DNA of 64,000 nucleotides from Antedon mediterranea (taxonomy: Eukaryota; Animalia; Echinodermata): contig NC_092672.1 in assembly GCF_964355755.1 (NCBI RefSeq), positions 8,742,001 through 8,806,000 on the forward strand. Direction: 5' to 3'. A program made the translations under genes and the position numbers. The notes below the pieces were generated by a model. That model saw only the letters and a list, made by a program, of their open reading frames with translations. It made no database searches and was not told the origin of the DNA. Shown here in pieces: positions 13,371-27,382 of the stretch (its first letter is position 1; every line of letters begins with the position of its first letter).

Positions 13371-13954
13371 AATTACGTGTTCCAATCGTTGACTAAATTG
13401 AAACTGACTTTTTAGATGATTGACAAGATTGATTATCCAATCAATCATCGGACTATTATTGAAATATTACTACAGTACTTTTGACTCATCGAGTGTTGAC
13501 CCTTCAGCAAAGAGATACGGTCATGACATTTGAAATTCTCTGAATATTACATATTTTGACATTCTCAAAGGTTAATTCATTAATAACACCCAATGTCGAT
13601 TCGAATAAACAAAGTAATTGGTTGGAGGTACACATTTTAACTGAGGACACAACGGTAAGTTACCTAATCGGTGACAGTGGCTTAGCCTGCTTTTGTGATT
13701 TCATGACAGCTATAGTGATTACGATATTTTCTCCTTACGTCATGTTTGTTTAATTTATTGATTTGTATTATATTTTGTAAATATCACGGTGTATGACGCG
13801 ACGGAGGACATGAAAGTTTAATCAAACATCTAACTTAAGATTTAAGTGAATTTAGTATTACCACCAAGTTATTCTTGTATGACACGAACAGACAGTTTAC
13901 CTGCACCTTGAGTTTTCTGCAGAAATCAAATATCTAAGGCCATATGCCCTATTA

Positions 13955-14129
13955 AGCTTGGTTCCCACTAGAACGTAACGCAAGGACGTAAACGCAACGC
14001 AAGCGTTTTAACCAATGACAAGCGAAGTTATAGACAGCAATCACAAGCGAATAAGCCATCGCTTGTGATTGGTCAATTCACTTTCGTTGCGTTACGTCCT
14101 TGCGTTGCGTCGCCAGTGGGAACCACGCT
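13955..14129. mobile_element. Harbinger-type MITE family A, subfamily A1 (near-palindromic)
   Basis: TTA|AGCTTGGTTCCCACTAG ... CCAGTGGGAACCACGCT|TAA. Nearly identical to 38606-38789 (inverted) and 43989-44161. Confidence 0.9.
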
Positions 14130-14132
14130 TAA

Positions 14133-14338
14133 CGCATGGTTCCCACTAGCGACGCAACGTAACGCAACGCAGCGACATATTGACGCAAAGTTCTGTATTG
14201 AGTCACAAGTGGGAACCGACGACGCAACAGTGCTGAAAACAACATCGCGGGTTTGAGTTCACGCATGCAAGGGCAAACACATTTATTGGAAGAGCATTTT
14301 CTTACGTTGCGTAGGTTGCGTTACGTTGCGTCACTAGT
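14133..14338 (-). mobile_element. Harbinger-type MITE A2 abutting the previous copy across a single TAA
   Basis: CGCATGGTTCCCACTAGCGACGC...; the interior is the reverse complement of 35244-35450. The right TIR is truncated. Confidence 0.85.
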
Positions 14339-17170
14339 AAAAGGTAACTTAACGGATAGAAAAAGATCTCTTTAGATTTCCTCTTTTAGGAGCTATTGTC
14401 ATGCTGTTTGATGACATATCTTATACAATAGTGTAGGCAAATAAAATTTACTTGTTAAAATGTCCATCGTAAATTTTAACATTCAACTAATAAAATGACA
14501 AATAATGTAAATATTTGTTTCGATATGGCAGATAACAGTTATTTAATACACGGCACTTACATTTAAAGAGGCCAGTGTGGTAACGAATTGACCATGCATG
14601 ACCCTCAGTTCCGCCTATAACCTAAATATATTACAGTTAATTTATATTTTAACTTTAAATCATTCGACAACAAGAGATATCAGTAGAGGAACCGTAACTT
14701 CGCTTATGCATCAAACGTCGGAAAATAGCCATTCAAATAAACTGATCGAAACAAATATGTAAATATTTTTTACGATGTGGTAGATAAATTGCTATAACCT
14801 AAGTAATTGTTAATTAATATGATAACAAGAAATATTTGTCTCGATGTTATTGATATAGCCTAAATACTTTAACATTGATTTATATAACTCTAGACTAAAT
14901 AATTCGATTACGTCAGAAAATAGTCTCAAAGTTGATATTAAACATCAAAGTCCTGTTGGCGGAGACTAAAAGGTAACCAATTAAATTCCTAATGTAATAT
15001 AAGAATCTATAGGAACATTACTGGAGCGACCGAACGATCGAGATCTTAAAAATGAATTAGCCAATAATCCGTACCGTAATCCATAATATTATTATTAATA
15101 TTGTTTTTGAAAATGTAATAGGCATATACTTCCGACCACTTAAAAACAGTGACGGTCAACTATGTGTGTACTTTTTTTTACACTGTAATTATTGAACATG
15201 TTAATATTATTTTCTAAATTTGATTTTTGTATATTTTACACGTTGAATGGATCGATCACAAATGGAAAAATGCAAACAGACGTCTACAATTGAGTGAGTT
15301 GGGTATAAATCATAATTTATAACTGGGGGCGTTAATATTTCTATGTTTTTACACAGTGCCTTTCGTTTGTGTTGTTAATCTAAAAACATTTCCATTATTT
15401 CCCACAAGCTTAATTTCTAACACAAAATTCATAGTTAAGTAATTATAAAAACACAAATACACAGCTAAATTACAGTATGCAGCGTTATAATACCACATCT
15501 ATAGTATCATGTTATGAGTTACAAAATGTAAATACTTTGCAACTGGGACCAGTAATGTATTAAAATGAATGACCGTAAAATGTATACAGCGTCAGAAATC
15601 AGTTAAAAATCACACAACCAAACGGCGGCGGCTCAGGTAAATTGAAATCACATTATCATCATGCTATGCGGTTTAGTTTGGTTTATGATGTGTTTTCATT
15701 AAAAAGGAGATAATTACCTAAATTATCCAAGTAAAACTCGTACAGTGTATTTTGAGGAGGAAAATACTAATACAAAAAATGTACTATATCATAATTTATA
15801 ATCATTAAGGCCTACCGCACATTAATTTTGCAGTTAAGAGATTATTTACAATAACGTGAAGCTATCCGATTACATATTAACAATGCATTCCAAAAATAAT
15901 TAGAAGATTCAAGAAACTTTATCTTTGTGAAAATACAAATAAATGTTGGTAGTCAACAATTCTGTTTTAAAAGATAAAAAAAAACCTTCGCGCCGCGCCT
16001 TCAAGCAGACGTTATTTCTAGGCTTTTCTATGTTTACAAGCTTAAATAGTATACGTATGAAACGCCATAACTAACGGAATCATTATAAAACAGTATCAAC
16101 GCGGAATCTAGTATTACGAAGGCTGACAAAAAATGTGAATTTGTAAACTCGGACTGGGCATGTGCACACCCCAAATCACGTCTGGGAAAAGAGAGTCTAT
16201 GAAAACATCTGTTGATAATATTATGCACTTCTGTCACGCGAGATTTTTGGTTTGACGGCCCTTGCACGAACTAACGACGTAACCAAATAGAACATTTCAT
16301 GTTTTTTTGATTGATTGATATTAAATCACTTTTTCTTAATATGTTAAATAGAATATTAATAAAAGCAGCATTTAATGAAAGAAGGACACTAATTAAAACT
16401 GTCGAGCGGCGGTTTTTGTAAGACAAATTTCTTGTTTATTATTGATTGTTTTTGTGTGTGTATTTTTGTATAAATTTAAATAAATATAACTTAGGCCTAT
16501 ACCCAGTTCCAATAAATACCAACATGACAGAGGGCATTTTTCGTATAGGTGTGTACATGTTTTCAAACAAAAATTAAAGCTATGCTAAAAACTAAATCTT
16601 CATACATAAAACTACTACATTAAAATTCGATTGAAATGTCATAAACAAGCTAATAATTGTATTAAATACAATTATTTGCAAATCGTTAATGACATTTTTT
16701 TATTTTGGTTCGAACCTGCAAGCTGTCGCTTCCAGAGGTACTGTCAAATACGTGTACAAATACGTTAACGCGGTGTTGAAACATTTACGACGTAAACGTG
16801 TCAGTCGTATGATTATCATACAGTACTTTAGTGTTTTTTATTGAACTTGTTGTCAAAATAGTTTGATCTTTGATTTGTGTTTCTGTAAGGTGACGCCATT
16901 CTTTATGACATTAAATACCTTAAATGAAGTTCACATTTTAATGTATTAGTTATACGTACAGAAATAGAAAGAAACATCTATAGGCCTACAATAGCAATTG
17001 TACGGTATACATTCAGAGTGACTTTTGATTGTCAGGCTAGGCCTAAACAAAAAACACCATTAAAACGTTGTTAACTCACCATTCAAATGTTGTTAATTAA
17101 CGGATAATATTACGTCTAATGAAAAAGAGAAATATCTTTAATTAGAGATCAACCAGCTGATTATCGTAAA

Positions 17171-17449
17171 GTATCATGTCACGTGACAATAAACAACCGA
17201 CAGTATCGTGTCTGCTGACTGCAGAAAACCAATACCATAGCACATAATGTAATATTATATTAATCTAACCTTCTCTCACTATATGATAAAATATAAACCA
17301 CCATGCTGTAATTCGAACCACCGGGTCTATCAATTTAAGTAAGCACTAATCGATCAGCCAAAAAGCTGACTGACAGAAGCGTTGGCCCATGGAATTACTG
17401 CCAGAAGACGCGATACTGTTGAGCTGGTGATTGTCTCTAGACATGATAC
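17171..17449. mobile_element. Old MITE / inverted repeat
   Basis: GTATCATGTCACGTGACAAT...ACAGTATCGTGTCT versus AGACGCGATACTGT...ATTGTCTCTAGACATGATAC; imperfect arms of about 55 bp. Confidence 0.6.
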
Positions 17450-18688
17450 ACCTCTTTTACCGTGTGCAGCACGTCCAAGTAAAACTAATTTATATGAAAT
17501 ATGACATATTGTATGAACTATTTATCACGATATAAACATTTGTGTGACCCGATGAATCTGTACGTGGTTACCTGGTATATAGGTTGGCATGTTCTGGGCC
17601 GATTTGTTTTGGTCCCCAAAGCGAAAGTTAGGTTGGATCATTATTCATAAACTATAAACAACTGTCAAGTTCAGGGAATAAACTAAAATATATGCCTAGT
17701 TAAAACCATTGTGAAATGAATTATTTATGGTGCCCCTTAATAACTAGACCCCGAAAAAAATGCTCGGCAAACATCACGTTACGAAAGTATAACCGGCATA
17801 CTTAGCACTTTTTTATTTATTTTTTTGGTTTGAATTTTGCAAATTCTTGCTTATTCCCGATTCAATCTGGTCGCACATAGCCTATCTTATGCTATTAATA
17901 AATTATTTATTTATTAGATATTTTAGTTGCTATAGGCCTACTATATGCAAGTTTATTTTCTTCTGAAATTTCTCCAGTGAAATTCCAGACTGTCTCTTTA
18001 ATTTACTCCTGTCATTTTTGTGAAATAAAATTATTTAATTGCCACAATCAAACGCAAACTCGTCACGATGCATTGCGATGTAGTCGCAGTCTGTCTCGAT
18101 GGGGCTGGAAAATACCCGTAGTTGGTGAACGAATTATTAATGATGAGCCGAGGACGCGGTGAGTTCTTTCAGCACAAGTTTTATTCTAGAGTGTGTTTTC
18201 GTTTATATAAATAAAACCAGTTGATAGACCTACTTTAAAATAGTAGAGTTACTTTTCCTTTTTATATACAGTTACTCCATCCACTACAAACTCGATTACG
18301 TTTTTTAATATTAATTTATATGTTCAAATGACGGCACAAGTTAAAAAAAGAAATACAAAAATAGCGCAGCAAAATATTATGCCTGCAAGCAAAAACAATG
18401 AAATAAAAATGTTTTACCTTTCACTTATAAGCCAGATCCAAGTAGGGCCTATAAAATTGTAGTCGGTAGAAAATCTTCTCAACTTCGCCGTTAACAGACT
18501 TTGAGCAATATAAAATAGCCTGACTATATCTTATAAGCTGAAATGCCTATCATATAAACTTTCCATCTGCTCCGGGAATCGAATATCCGACCTATCGTGT
18601 CGATGCGTAAGAGCGTTATGACCGCATCTTCTGCTTTCGAGTAATATGTGAGCACATGGATTTTATTTTCATTTATACAAATACTTCC

Positions 18689-18740
18689 CGCCGATAGATG
18701 GCATTTTCGCCGATAGATGGCATTTTCGCCGATAGATGAC
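18689..18740. repeat. Short tandem repeat (about 19 bp, CGCCGATAGATGGCATTTT), about 2.6 copies
   Basis: Directly visible. Confidence 0.85.
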
Positions 18741-19581
18741 ATCATACCGCTGCATTTTCAAAGGTGCAGTGAATAGAAACAAAAATACAATCATGTAAGA
18801 GACGTGCATGTATATGCCATTAGACGTTGTTTTTTAAACTTGAAGTACCCTCAATCTACAGCTAATCACATTGCAAAGATAATGGTTTACTTTTCCTTCG
18901 ATTATTTACCTGATGAACGAAGCAATGCTGGCAAATCATACAACATAAGTGGTTTATTTATTATATTGTTTGTTTTAAATGTATGTCATCACATACACCC
19001 AGCAGCAGCAATGACCCATGACCATGCAGTATATCATGAAACAATTTGTATTCATAATTCATATTTCCTTTTTTTTAAAAGAATTATCAATATGTAAAGT
19101 ATACAATATGGTTTAGAATTGATTCAGACGATACAATAAATATGCATTTTACAAAAGAAATCCAAACAGTTTTCTAGAACTATTAGGATAATCAGAAAAG
19201 AGAAATTACAATTTCACTCTTTCCTGAGATAACCATTTATGCTGCCTTTGTCCAGTCAAATGACGTCATGATTAAAGTGCGCGAAATGTTAGGATTTGCG
19301 CTTGTACCGGTACATGATAGTATGCATAACACAACATACAAAGCAGTGTCGATTTTGCTTAATTCAACCAAGCTACATAACCAACTACATCAGACAAATT
19401 AAGTATGCATCTTCATGACATAGTTGGCTTCGTTGGAGAAATAATACATGACGACTACTACTGGAAAACAATATTATATTGGCCTACCATACCATTCGAC
19501 ATTGAACTAAAGACACCGACACGAATAGGGGCGTCAACTGAACTACAGTTTCATCGTGATGGAGCTTGCAACGCTCTGTTA

Positions 19582-19722
19582 AGCATGGTTCCCACCAGAT
19601 ACGCAGGGCAAAGACGTAGAACGCACCGCAAGCAAGTGACCAATATAACGAACGACAGTCCGAATAAAATCCATCGAGTGGTCAATCACTTACGATGCGT
19701 ACAGTACTGGGTTGCATCTTTA
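19582..19722. mobile_element. Degenerate MITE related to family A
   Basis: TTA|AGCATGGTTCCCACCAG...GTGACCAAT...TGGTCAATCACTTACG. Confidence 0.6.
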
Positions 19723-20345
19723 TGATAACATGGGCCTAGTCAAATTCAGTGAGTGTTTGGTACATTTTACTACTCAATTCCCTTCTCAACAATCAGATTT
19801 ACAGAATTAACAATCATTACTAGGATGATCACCTACTAGTCTACTTATCACGAGTATGAATATATTTACATATTTTTTATAATCCTCACCTCATACATCG
19901 ACGGAATGTAATCATGACAAAAGCAAATCAGATTTTTTTTATTGGATGTTTGTTATTCGTTGTGTGTGATATGGAAGAATTTTAGTACATGCACTATTTT
20001 GCTAATGAATTCACTTGAATGCAATATTATGTCGTAAAATATTTTATCACTTTTTCAGGTAGTATTTTCTATCATTCAAGTTTGGTTGGGACCTATAAAA
20101 CACAAATCGATGATCATTTAATTATATATACATCCCGTCTACAATAATAATAAAATCATTTTTAAACAAGTTTCTATTAGATTTTAAACGGTTTGGCTGT
20201 CCATGGTGATGTATTATGGACTAATTGTAACCTTATTTTGTAATACATTACAAACAACGCCCTCACAATACCATAATAAATGAATAGATAATTGCAAAAT
20301 GATGAAGTAAAATAGCCAGACAAATTTGCATTTTATATGTGTGCT

Positions 20346-20569
20346 TTTTTTTTTTATCTTATGTGGGTTCATCGCACTTTTATTTCCATACATAATAATG
20401 TTGCTATCTCTTTACATATAATTATTTTTCTCTAAACACATTTTCATTTCAATATACTATACATATTATTATATTAACAATGTTTGTTTTCATCAAAATA
20501 TATGTAAAGAGATATGAACATATTTATGGAAACAAAAGTGGGATGAACCCACATAAGATAAAAAAAAAA
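20346..20569. repeat. Fold-back inverted repeat with arms of about 75 bp
   Basis: TTTTTATCTTATGTGGGTTCATC...TATCTCTTTACATATA versus TATATGTAAAGAGATA...GATGAACCCACATAAGATAAAAA. Confidence 0.85.
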
Positions 20570-21744
20570 CGTTTTCACAATATCCAAAATCAAATAAACA
20601 CACGATTCTCTGTTGGCCTACTGTGTATCCACATGGTATTAACTGTACAGTATTATAGACAAATTCCTTAATATAGTGCCACAAACATAATAAATGCGTT
20701 TAAATTAATAGGTAAAGGTAATTCTTCTTTCACGAACGTTCTCATAAATTCTTTCAAGAAGAAGTAGAATTGTCTGCCCGGACGTCTGCCCTTCTTGAAT
20801 GCGACGTTTTGTCGCCATAAAGGTGTAGGTCTACCGAGCAAGACCGCTCGACTATGAAAGATGTCAATTAAACAGCATAACGCTTGGCCATGATGGATGT
20901 CTTTCTTAATTAAAAATGACTCTCCTATTTAAAATTCCAGAAAGACCCCCATTGCTGATTATATTTGTATTATCCGTTTGTTTTACACGCTACTACAACT
21001 ATAATAATAATATTAAAGAGCTTTCGTATACTGTATGACCACAACTCAGGCTAAATTTACCCAAATGACGTTTGGTATAATTAGGCCACGTACTTTCACT
21101 CGACGAAAACTAGGTAGGCAAAACAATTTAGGATGAATCAGCTACTATAACTATATCATTAGGAACGGTTCCCATAAACGTGGATAATTGGATTGTTTAA
21201 TCATGGAGGTATACCATGGTTTAATTGGTGTTCGTGCATTTACATAATTAGGTATTAATTAACATTCCGTGAAAATTCTGCCGATGAAAGCGTAATTAGA
21301 CAGTGCGTATGATGCGCTTACCGACAATGGGATCTGATTACCACACCGTAATATTTTGTTTAGTTTTTGCAGTGAAGAGCTTAGAATAAAGGGTGACGCG
21401 TTGGGAGTTCGAATATTGCGTTGGGATTTAGAGATGACTTAATTTGAAAAACGGCAAACATTTTTAATTGTGATTTAATTAAGTGTGTACGTGTGTATCT
21501 CGTTACATCTGACTAGATATTTTATTTCAGTTTTCAAACTGTTCAAAGTTAACGAGACGTATTTTATTAGATAGATGAAACAATCCGCTTTTCATAATGC
21601 CTAAAACTATGTTGTTTTCTGTATTTCGTATTCATGCTATTCATGAGGGTATACAAATTTGATGTTGTACGTTAGTTCATATATTATATATTAACACATC
21701 TGAGTACAAGTTCTATAGGCCTAATGTTTCTATAACATGGTACG

Positions 21745-21791
21745 TTTTTATTTATTTATTTATTTATTTTATTTATTTTATTTATTTATTT
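21745..21791. repeat. (TTTA)n microsatellite
   Basis: Directly visible. Confidence 0.9.
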
Positions 21792-22719
21792 GTGTATAAT
21801 TGGTGGCAGAACTAGACACGAAGGGGAGAAGAAAGTTATTGTCCACACCTGTGCCAAATTCAGCCCAGTTAGTCGCAGGTTATTCCCTCACAAATATAAT
21901 CAATATTTTGTTCTTTGGTTCGAATTATTAATTATTTCGTCTAACTGACGGCCAACTCAAATCATATACGTTTATCACTGTATAGTAAAACGCATACCTT
22001 TTCGACTGCATTGTTATCATAATGATTGTAATAATCTTCCTAAATAATTAATTCTATGAAACATGGAATATACATATATATAGTCGAATGATTACATAGT
22101 TACCGAAATGTACAAATAATTTGATAAGGAGGTTAATTAAATACATGAAGCTAAATTATGGATACCATTGATTATAACATTAAAATTGCATCCTCAATGG
22201 GTTACTAATATTAAGTCTCATTATGAATAGCTAGATGATTCTTACTTAATTGATTTATCTTTGATCTTTTATTTAAGATACTGATGATCAATGAACTACT
22301 GTAATTGAATTGATTGCTCAGATGTTTTCCCAACTTTGATGTAACCCGAACACTCGGTGGTACATCATTTTAAAATTAATAAAACGTATAAATAATCCAG
22401 TGATATAACTGATCAGTTTCGGTGTGGATCTGTGTTTCAATATCAGTTGTATAATTAATTATGTGTGATTTTACAAGACCAAACGTAACGTGTACTGTTA
22501 CCTCGTAACTTAATATTACGAGCAAGTAAGGAGGTGCGTGAAATGAATACATATCGGTAAAATAATCGTGGCCCATGTTGAAAATGCCAAAACAAAAACA
22601 ATCTAAAGTGTCATTTTTCGACCCCATGGGGTGGGGAAGAAGAAGAGGATATAATGAGAGTGTAACATTCTTTGCCATTTGAATACAGACCTAATAATAA
22701 TAACACATTTTTTAATCCT

Positions 22720-24035
22720 AAAATTGACGAATACAAGTGAGTCACCTTACGCTTATACAGAATATCTTTAAAACTTGATAGAGGGCAGTGCAGCAGCGTA
22801 AATTATCAGAAACTAAATTAACGAATACAAGTGAGCCGGCCCATCTAATCATACGTTCATACAAAATACCTCAAAATAGAGGGCAGTGCAGCAGAGTAAA
22901 TTATCAGAAGCAAGAAACTAAATTAACGAATACAAGTGAGCCATCTTACGCTTATACAGAATATCTTAAAAACTTGATAGAGGGCAGTGCAGCAACGTAA
23001 ATTATCAGAAACTACATTAACGAATTAAAATACAAGTGAGCCATCTAATCATACGCTCATACAAAATACCTCAAAATAGAGGGCAGTGCAGCAGAGTAAA
23101 TTATCAGAAGCCAGAAACTAAATTAACGAATACAAGTGAGCCATCATACGCCCATACAAAATATATCGAAACTAAATAGAGGGCAATCCAGTGAGGAATA
23201 TGGTCTTTACCTCAATGTCAAGAAGACGAAAGTAATGATAAGTGGAAGGAAGAATGAACATCGCATTCAAGCAGATGGAGAGGACATAGAAGTAGTCAAC
23301 ACCTTCAACTTTCTTGGCTCCCTGATTGTTGACACTGGAGGAAGCTCAGAGGAAATAAAACGTCGTCTCGCTATGGCTAGAACATCCACAATAGGTCTTA
23401 CCAACATTTGGAAGGATAGAGGGATCTCAAAAAACACAAAGATTCATATCATGAATGCATTGGTATTTCCGATTGCCACTTATGGATCTGAGACATGGGC
23501 TCTTGGAGCTAGCTGCAGATAGAAAGAAGATCAAAGCTTTTGAAATTTGGTGTTGGAGGAGATTGTTAAGGATATCGTGGAAGGAGCATAAGTCAAATAA
23601 ATTTGTTAACAACCAGATTGGAAGCAGAGTCAACCTATGCCAGAAGGTTGATAAGATCAAACTTCAGTACTTTGGTCACATTGCCAGGAGAGAAGGTGAC
23701 AACCTGGAAAAGATAATTGCACAAGGTCATGTAGAAGGCAAGCGAAAACGTGGTAGACAGAAGATAAGATGGACTGATGGTATTAGAGAGATCACAGGAT
23801 TGGATGTGTGCACAGCTTCTCGCTATGCTCAGGATAGAGATGGGTGGAATGTCATCATAAGCAGGAGCACAAAGGGTCAGTCATGACTCACAGGACCACG
23901 ACGACGACGACGAAATAGAGGGCAGTTCAGCAGAGTAAATTATCAGAAACTAAATTGAGGAATACAAGTGAGCCATCTAATCATACGCTCATACTAAATA
24001 CCTCAAAATAGAGAGCAGTGCAGCATAGTAAATTA
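22720..24035 (+). repeat. Minisatellite of about 95-105 bp monomers alternating A/B (6 units), interrupted by an RTE and a hAT insertion
   Basis: Core AAATTAACGAATACAAGTGAG...TAGAGGGCAGTGCAGCAG.GTAAATTATCAGAA at about 22720, 22814, 22919, 23013, 23119 and 23951. Confidence 0.9.
23186..23912 (+). mobile_element. 5'-truncated RTE-clade LINE (RT C-terminus) with one frameshift
   Basis: Motifs GLYLNVKKTKVM, FNFLGS, YGSETW, AFEIWCWRRLLRISW, YFGHIAR and GKRKRGRQKIRW. (ACG)n tail. 12-bp TSD AAATAGAGGGCA at 23174-23185 and 23913-23924. An AGCT duplication at 23507-23514 shifts the frame. Confidence 0.95.
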
Positions 24036-24625
24036 CAGAGCTATATAATAATATAAAGAGTTGCGACTTCGAATGGAGCAGAAGCCATGTTTGTGTCCAG
24101 CTATGCTTATGTAGAGTATGGAGTCGAGTAATTTGCTTTAAAAATGTATAACATTCACAAGACATTAAATATCGAATTTGATATCAAAACAATCAATTTG
24201 TTTAAAGATTTTTGTGAAAATAATAAACAAAATTATAAAGTTACTGCGAACATGATTTTAAACAAAAACAAATAGCAATTTCGGAACGGCTCTGGCTAGG
24301 CTGTGTGCTGCTCCATGCACGCTCTACGCGTGCGCGTTTAGTTTGTACAGCGATTCTCTATAGTAATGCATTGCTTTTACATTTTGTTGTTTAAAATAAT
24401 GTTCGCAGTAACTTTATGATTTTGTTATTATCTTAACAAACAATTGATTGTTTTGATATTAAATTCGATATTTAATGTCTTGTGAATGTTATACATTTTT
24501 TAAGCAAATGACTCGACTCCATACTCTACAAGTATAGTTGGACACAAAGATGGCCGGTGTGCACCCCACGTGACTTTCTAAAATCCGTGAACGCAATACC
24601 GTAACTCTTTATATATATGGCTCTG
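24036..24625. mobile_element. hAT-type palindromic MITE
   Basis: TIR CAGAGC(T/C)ATATA...TAAAGAGTT. 8-bp TSD GTAAATTA at 24028-24035 and 24626-24633. Internal inverted arms of about 180 bp (24084-24270 / 24381-24555). Confidence 0.9.
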
Positions 24626-25099
24626 GTAAATTATTGGCAATCATGAAGAAACACAATACTAGTGTAAAACTATTCGTATAGTGGCCTACAGTTTAAGCGT
24701 GTATCTCACAAAATTAAAGCATGTAAAGTTCCCAATAGATCGAACATGTAAATACGGGGCATTCCGTATAAGTATAACAACATTTAGGCCTAAGTCGAAT
24801 AGACACAAGAAAAACAAACACTAAAATGTAGGCATGAGACATATTTGAGCCTAAAGACTACTCAAAGCACAAACATGATATAGGCCTAGATTTATATTTA
24901 AAACCAAACTTCGACGACAACGTAGGCTTACTTTAAGTAGTAGGCCTACGTACGTGCTTGTACAAGCTGTAACCTGTAGCTATAGAAGGATGGGGTTATT
25001 GTCAGAATAGCAATCTTATTACAAGATAGAATAGAAAACCTATTTACTATAGGTAATGCAAATGATATATTTGAATATATTCGTAAAAACAAAGAAATT

Positions 25100-26440
25100 G
25101 TTAATTCACATTGGGTGTGCCCTCTTAAACAATCTCTCTTTGATTTATCAATTGCTAATTGGAGCCAAGAGTTAAATACAAAATCATCACTCAACAACGA
25201 ATACAAATCTTTAAAAAAAAAACCCTTGTCTTGAAACTTACCTTCTGGACAAAACAGATTTTGAAGCGCACAAATACTCTGCCATTAGAAGGTAGAAAAT
25301 GCAATTGGCTACCTGAAAGTGATGGTTTATGTAGTCTTTGCAATATGAAACGTATATAAAACGTAAAACACTTCCTATTTAAATGTCCTGCTTACGACGA
25401 CATTAGAAAAGAAGAAACCATGAGATTAAAACTACAATTGCAATCTTCTAACCTTAATCATATTTGGCACTTATTCATAAACTCTAATACTGATGTTAAA
25501 ATACACCTAACACTTGGAAGTGACTATCATGTGTTCAGTAAAGAAACCCATCTAATACTTGATAAATTTTGCAAAATATATGCCAAAGGAGCATGGAAAA
25601 AGCGCTCCGCAATTATCAATTAATAGATCTAGAGATTGTACCAGATTTCCGTTCTGTATTGCAGAGTAAGACTTGCATAGTGTAAATTTCTGTTGAGTTT
25701 TTTTTGTATCAGTTGATTTTAAAATGCCTTGTCATTCATTTATTTCTTATGTTTAACTTTATAATGTAATTTGTTAATTTTGCAAATGTAATTTCTGTTC
25801 ATTTTAGGCCTTTTATTTATATCTGTATTTTGTATCATCATTGTAAACAACACTTAACTGCTGCATGGAGACTTTAAATTTATATTTACAAAACTTTAAA
25901 AACACAATTAAATCAGGATTATAATTTGAGGTATAATGGTTAATAAAACACTAAAAAAAAGATTAAATATTAAAATTAGGAAAATCGAAATAATAATAAA
26001 AATAATACTACTTTAACTAAATAACAAATAAAGATCATAACTCATAACATAATTAAATGATATACAGTATTAACAAGAACATAAATAATAAAATAATAAT
26101 AAACAATATAATATTTAAATTAAATGACATTTTTAATAGGTATAATAATATTTTCTTTAAAAATAACATATTAAAAACATTGATAATAATACTAATAATA
26201 AATAATAACACTCCATCAAAGTTAAGTATTGTACTTTTTGCTCTTTAGTTTCTTTTTGTACAACCCGTTTTCTTTCATTTAAATGTTTTTTTTTTTATTT
26301 TCTCTTTATACTTTTATTTAGCCTTCAGGCTAACTTAATGTATGTAATATATGTAAGAACGCACCGTCCAGAAGAACGTGTGCCGCCGATTTAAAGGCGT
26401 ATGTTCAATAAAGTTATTATTATTATTATTATTTTTATTA
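25100..26440 (+). pseudogene. Decayed 3' end of a non-LTR retrotransposon ORF2 with a CCHC zinc knuckle, plus its probable 3' UTR and tail
   Basis: ORFs 25159-25359 and 25420-25623 are one frame broken by a TAA: LCSLCNMKRI*NVKHFLFKCPAYDDIR...GAWKKR. AATAAA plus (TTA)n at about 26407-26440 may be its tail. Boundaries are approximate. Confidence 0.75.
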
Positions 26441-27382
26441 TTATAAACAGTGGTAGCGCCACCACTTTACAATGTATTTTTCAGTTGCGAGTTCAGGCGG
26501 ATATTACATAAATGCGTTTGTCAGAGGTTTTATTCTGTAAGTTAATATTATACTTTGATATATAGTATGGATGCTATATTTATATCTATTGGGTTAATGT
26601 GATACAAAGGACACAAATTATATCCACATGACTTGATTACTAAGATCCCAGGTTGAAAACATGGCATGATGTGACTTACTGAAATTAGATTCTCCTAAAT
26701 TACAAGATTACTTTTCTACTTTATATTCAAATTTTGTTCAATAGAAATTTACTTACCTTCTTCAAGACATCCGGAATTGCTGTACTATATCATTTTGAAC
26801 ACTTCGTTGTGAAACTATGCTGCGATAAAAGACTGTTTCAAAACGATTGATTGCAAAGAAGTATGGCCCAAAAATACACGTCTTGAGAGGCCTGGTAAAA
26901 TAGACTTGAAAAACATTTTGGCTTCCTCCAATAAACATCGTTATGCTGTAGCTAATTATACATTTATTTGTAAAAGATTTTTTTTAAGATACTCCAACGA
27001 CTTATGTTAGCACACCAGTATGTAGATTCAACAACGGTATGCAAACCGTTGCATCACAACGAGCAGTCCCTCCTACGTTAACGTAAATTCCATCGACGAA
27101 TGCCTAAATTCGAGTCTTAAAAAACACATTTTAACTCAAAATAAAGTAGATTCTTGTTTATTTCTTTCAAATGTAATATATGTATAACAATATAAATCAC
27201 ATATTAGCATTGCAAATCATTGTAAATGGTTCACATGTAGTATAACCTTCAATCATCTTCGAACATTACGTATACAGTACCAGTTTTGTAAAAAGTATTC
27301 AAGCACACCTGGTATCGTAATTCGTAACGTAACGCCCTCAACGAACTAGCTATTGGTACATGCGCATAGACTATTATTATTA

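Noticed and set aside
12453-18158. Scattered plus-strand splice-like segments (about 12453-12542, 13571-13654, 17978-18158)
   Set aside because: No consistent reading frame or protein-like product; such signals arise by chance in AT-rich DNA.
19405-19725. 106-aa ORF
   Set aside because: The second half reads through a MITE; no motif or splice support.
22788-23185. ORF 22788-23000 and the N-terminus of ORF 23136-23522
   Set aside because: Satellite-derived sequence; RTE homology starts only after the TSD at 23186.
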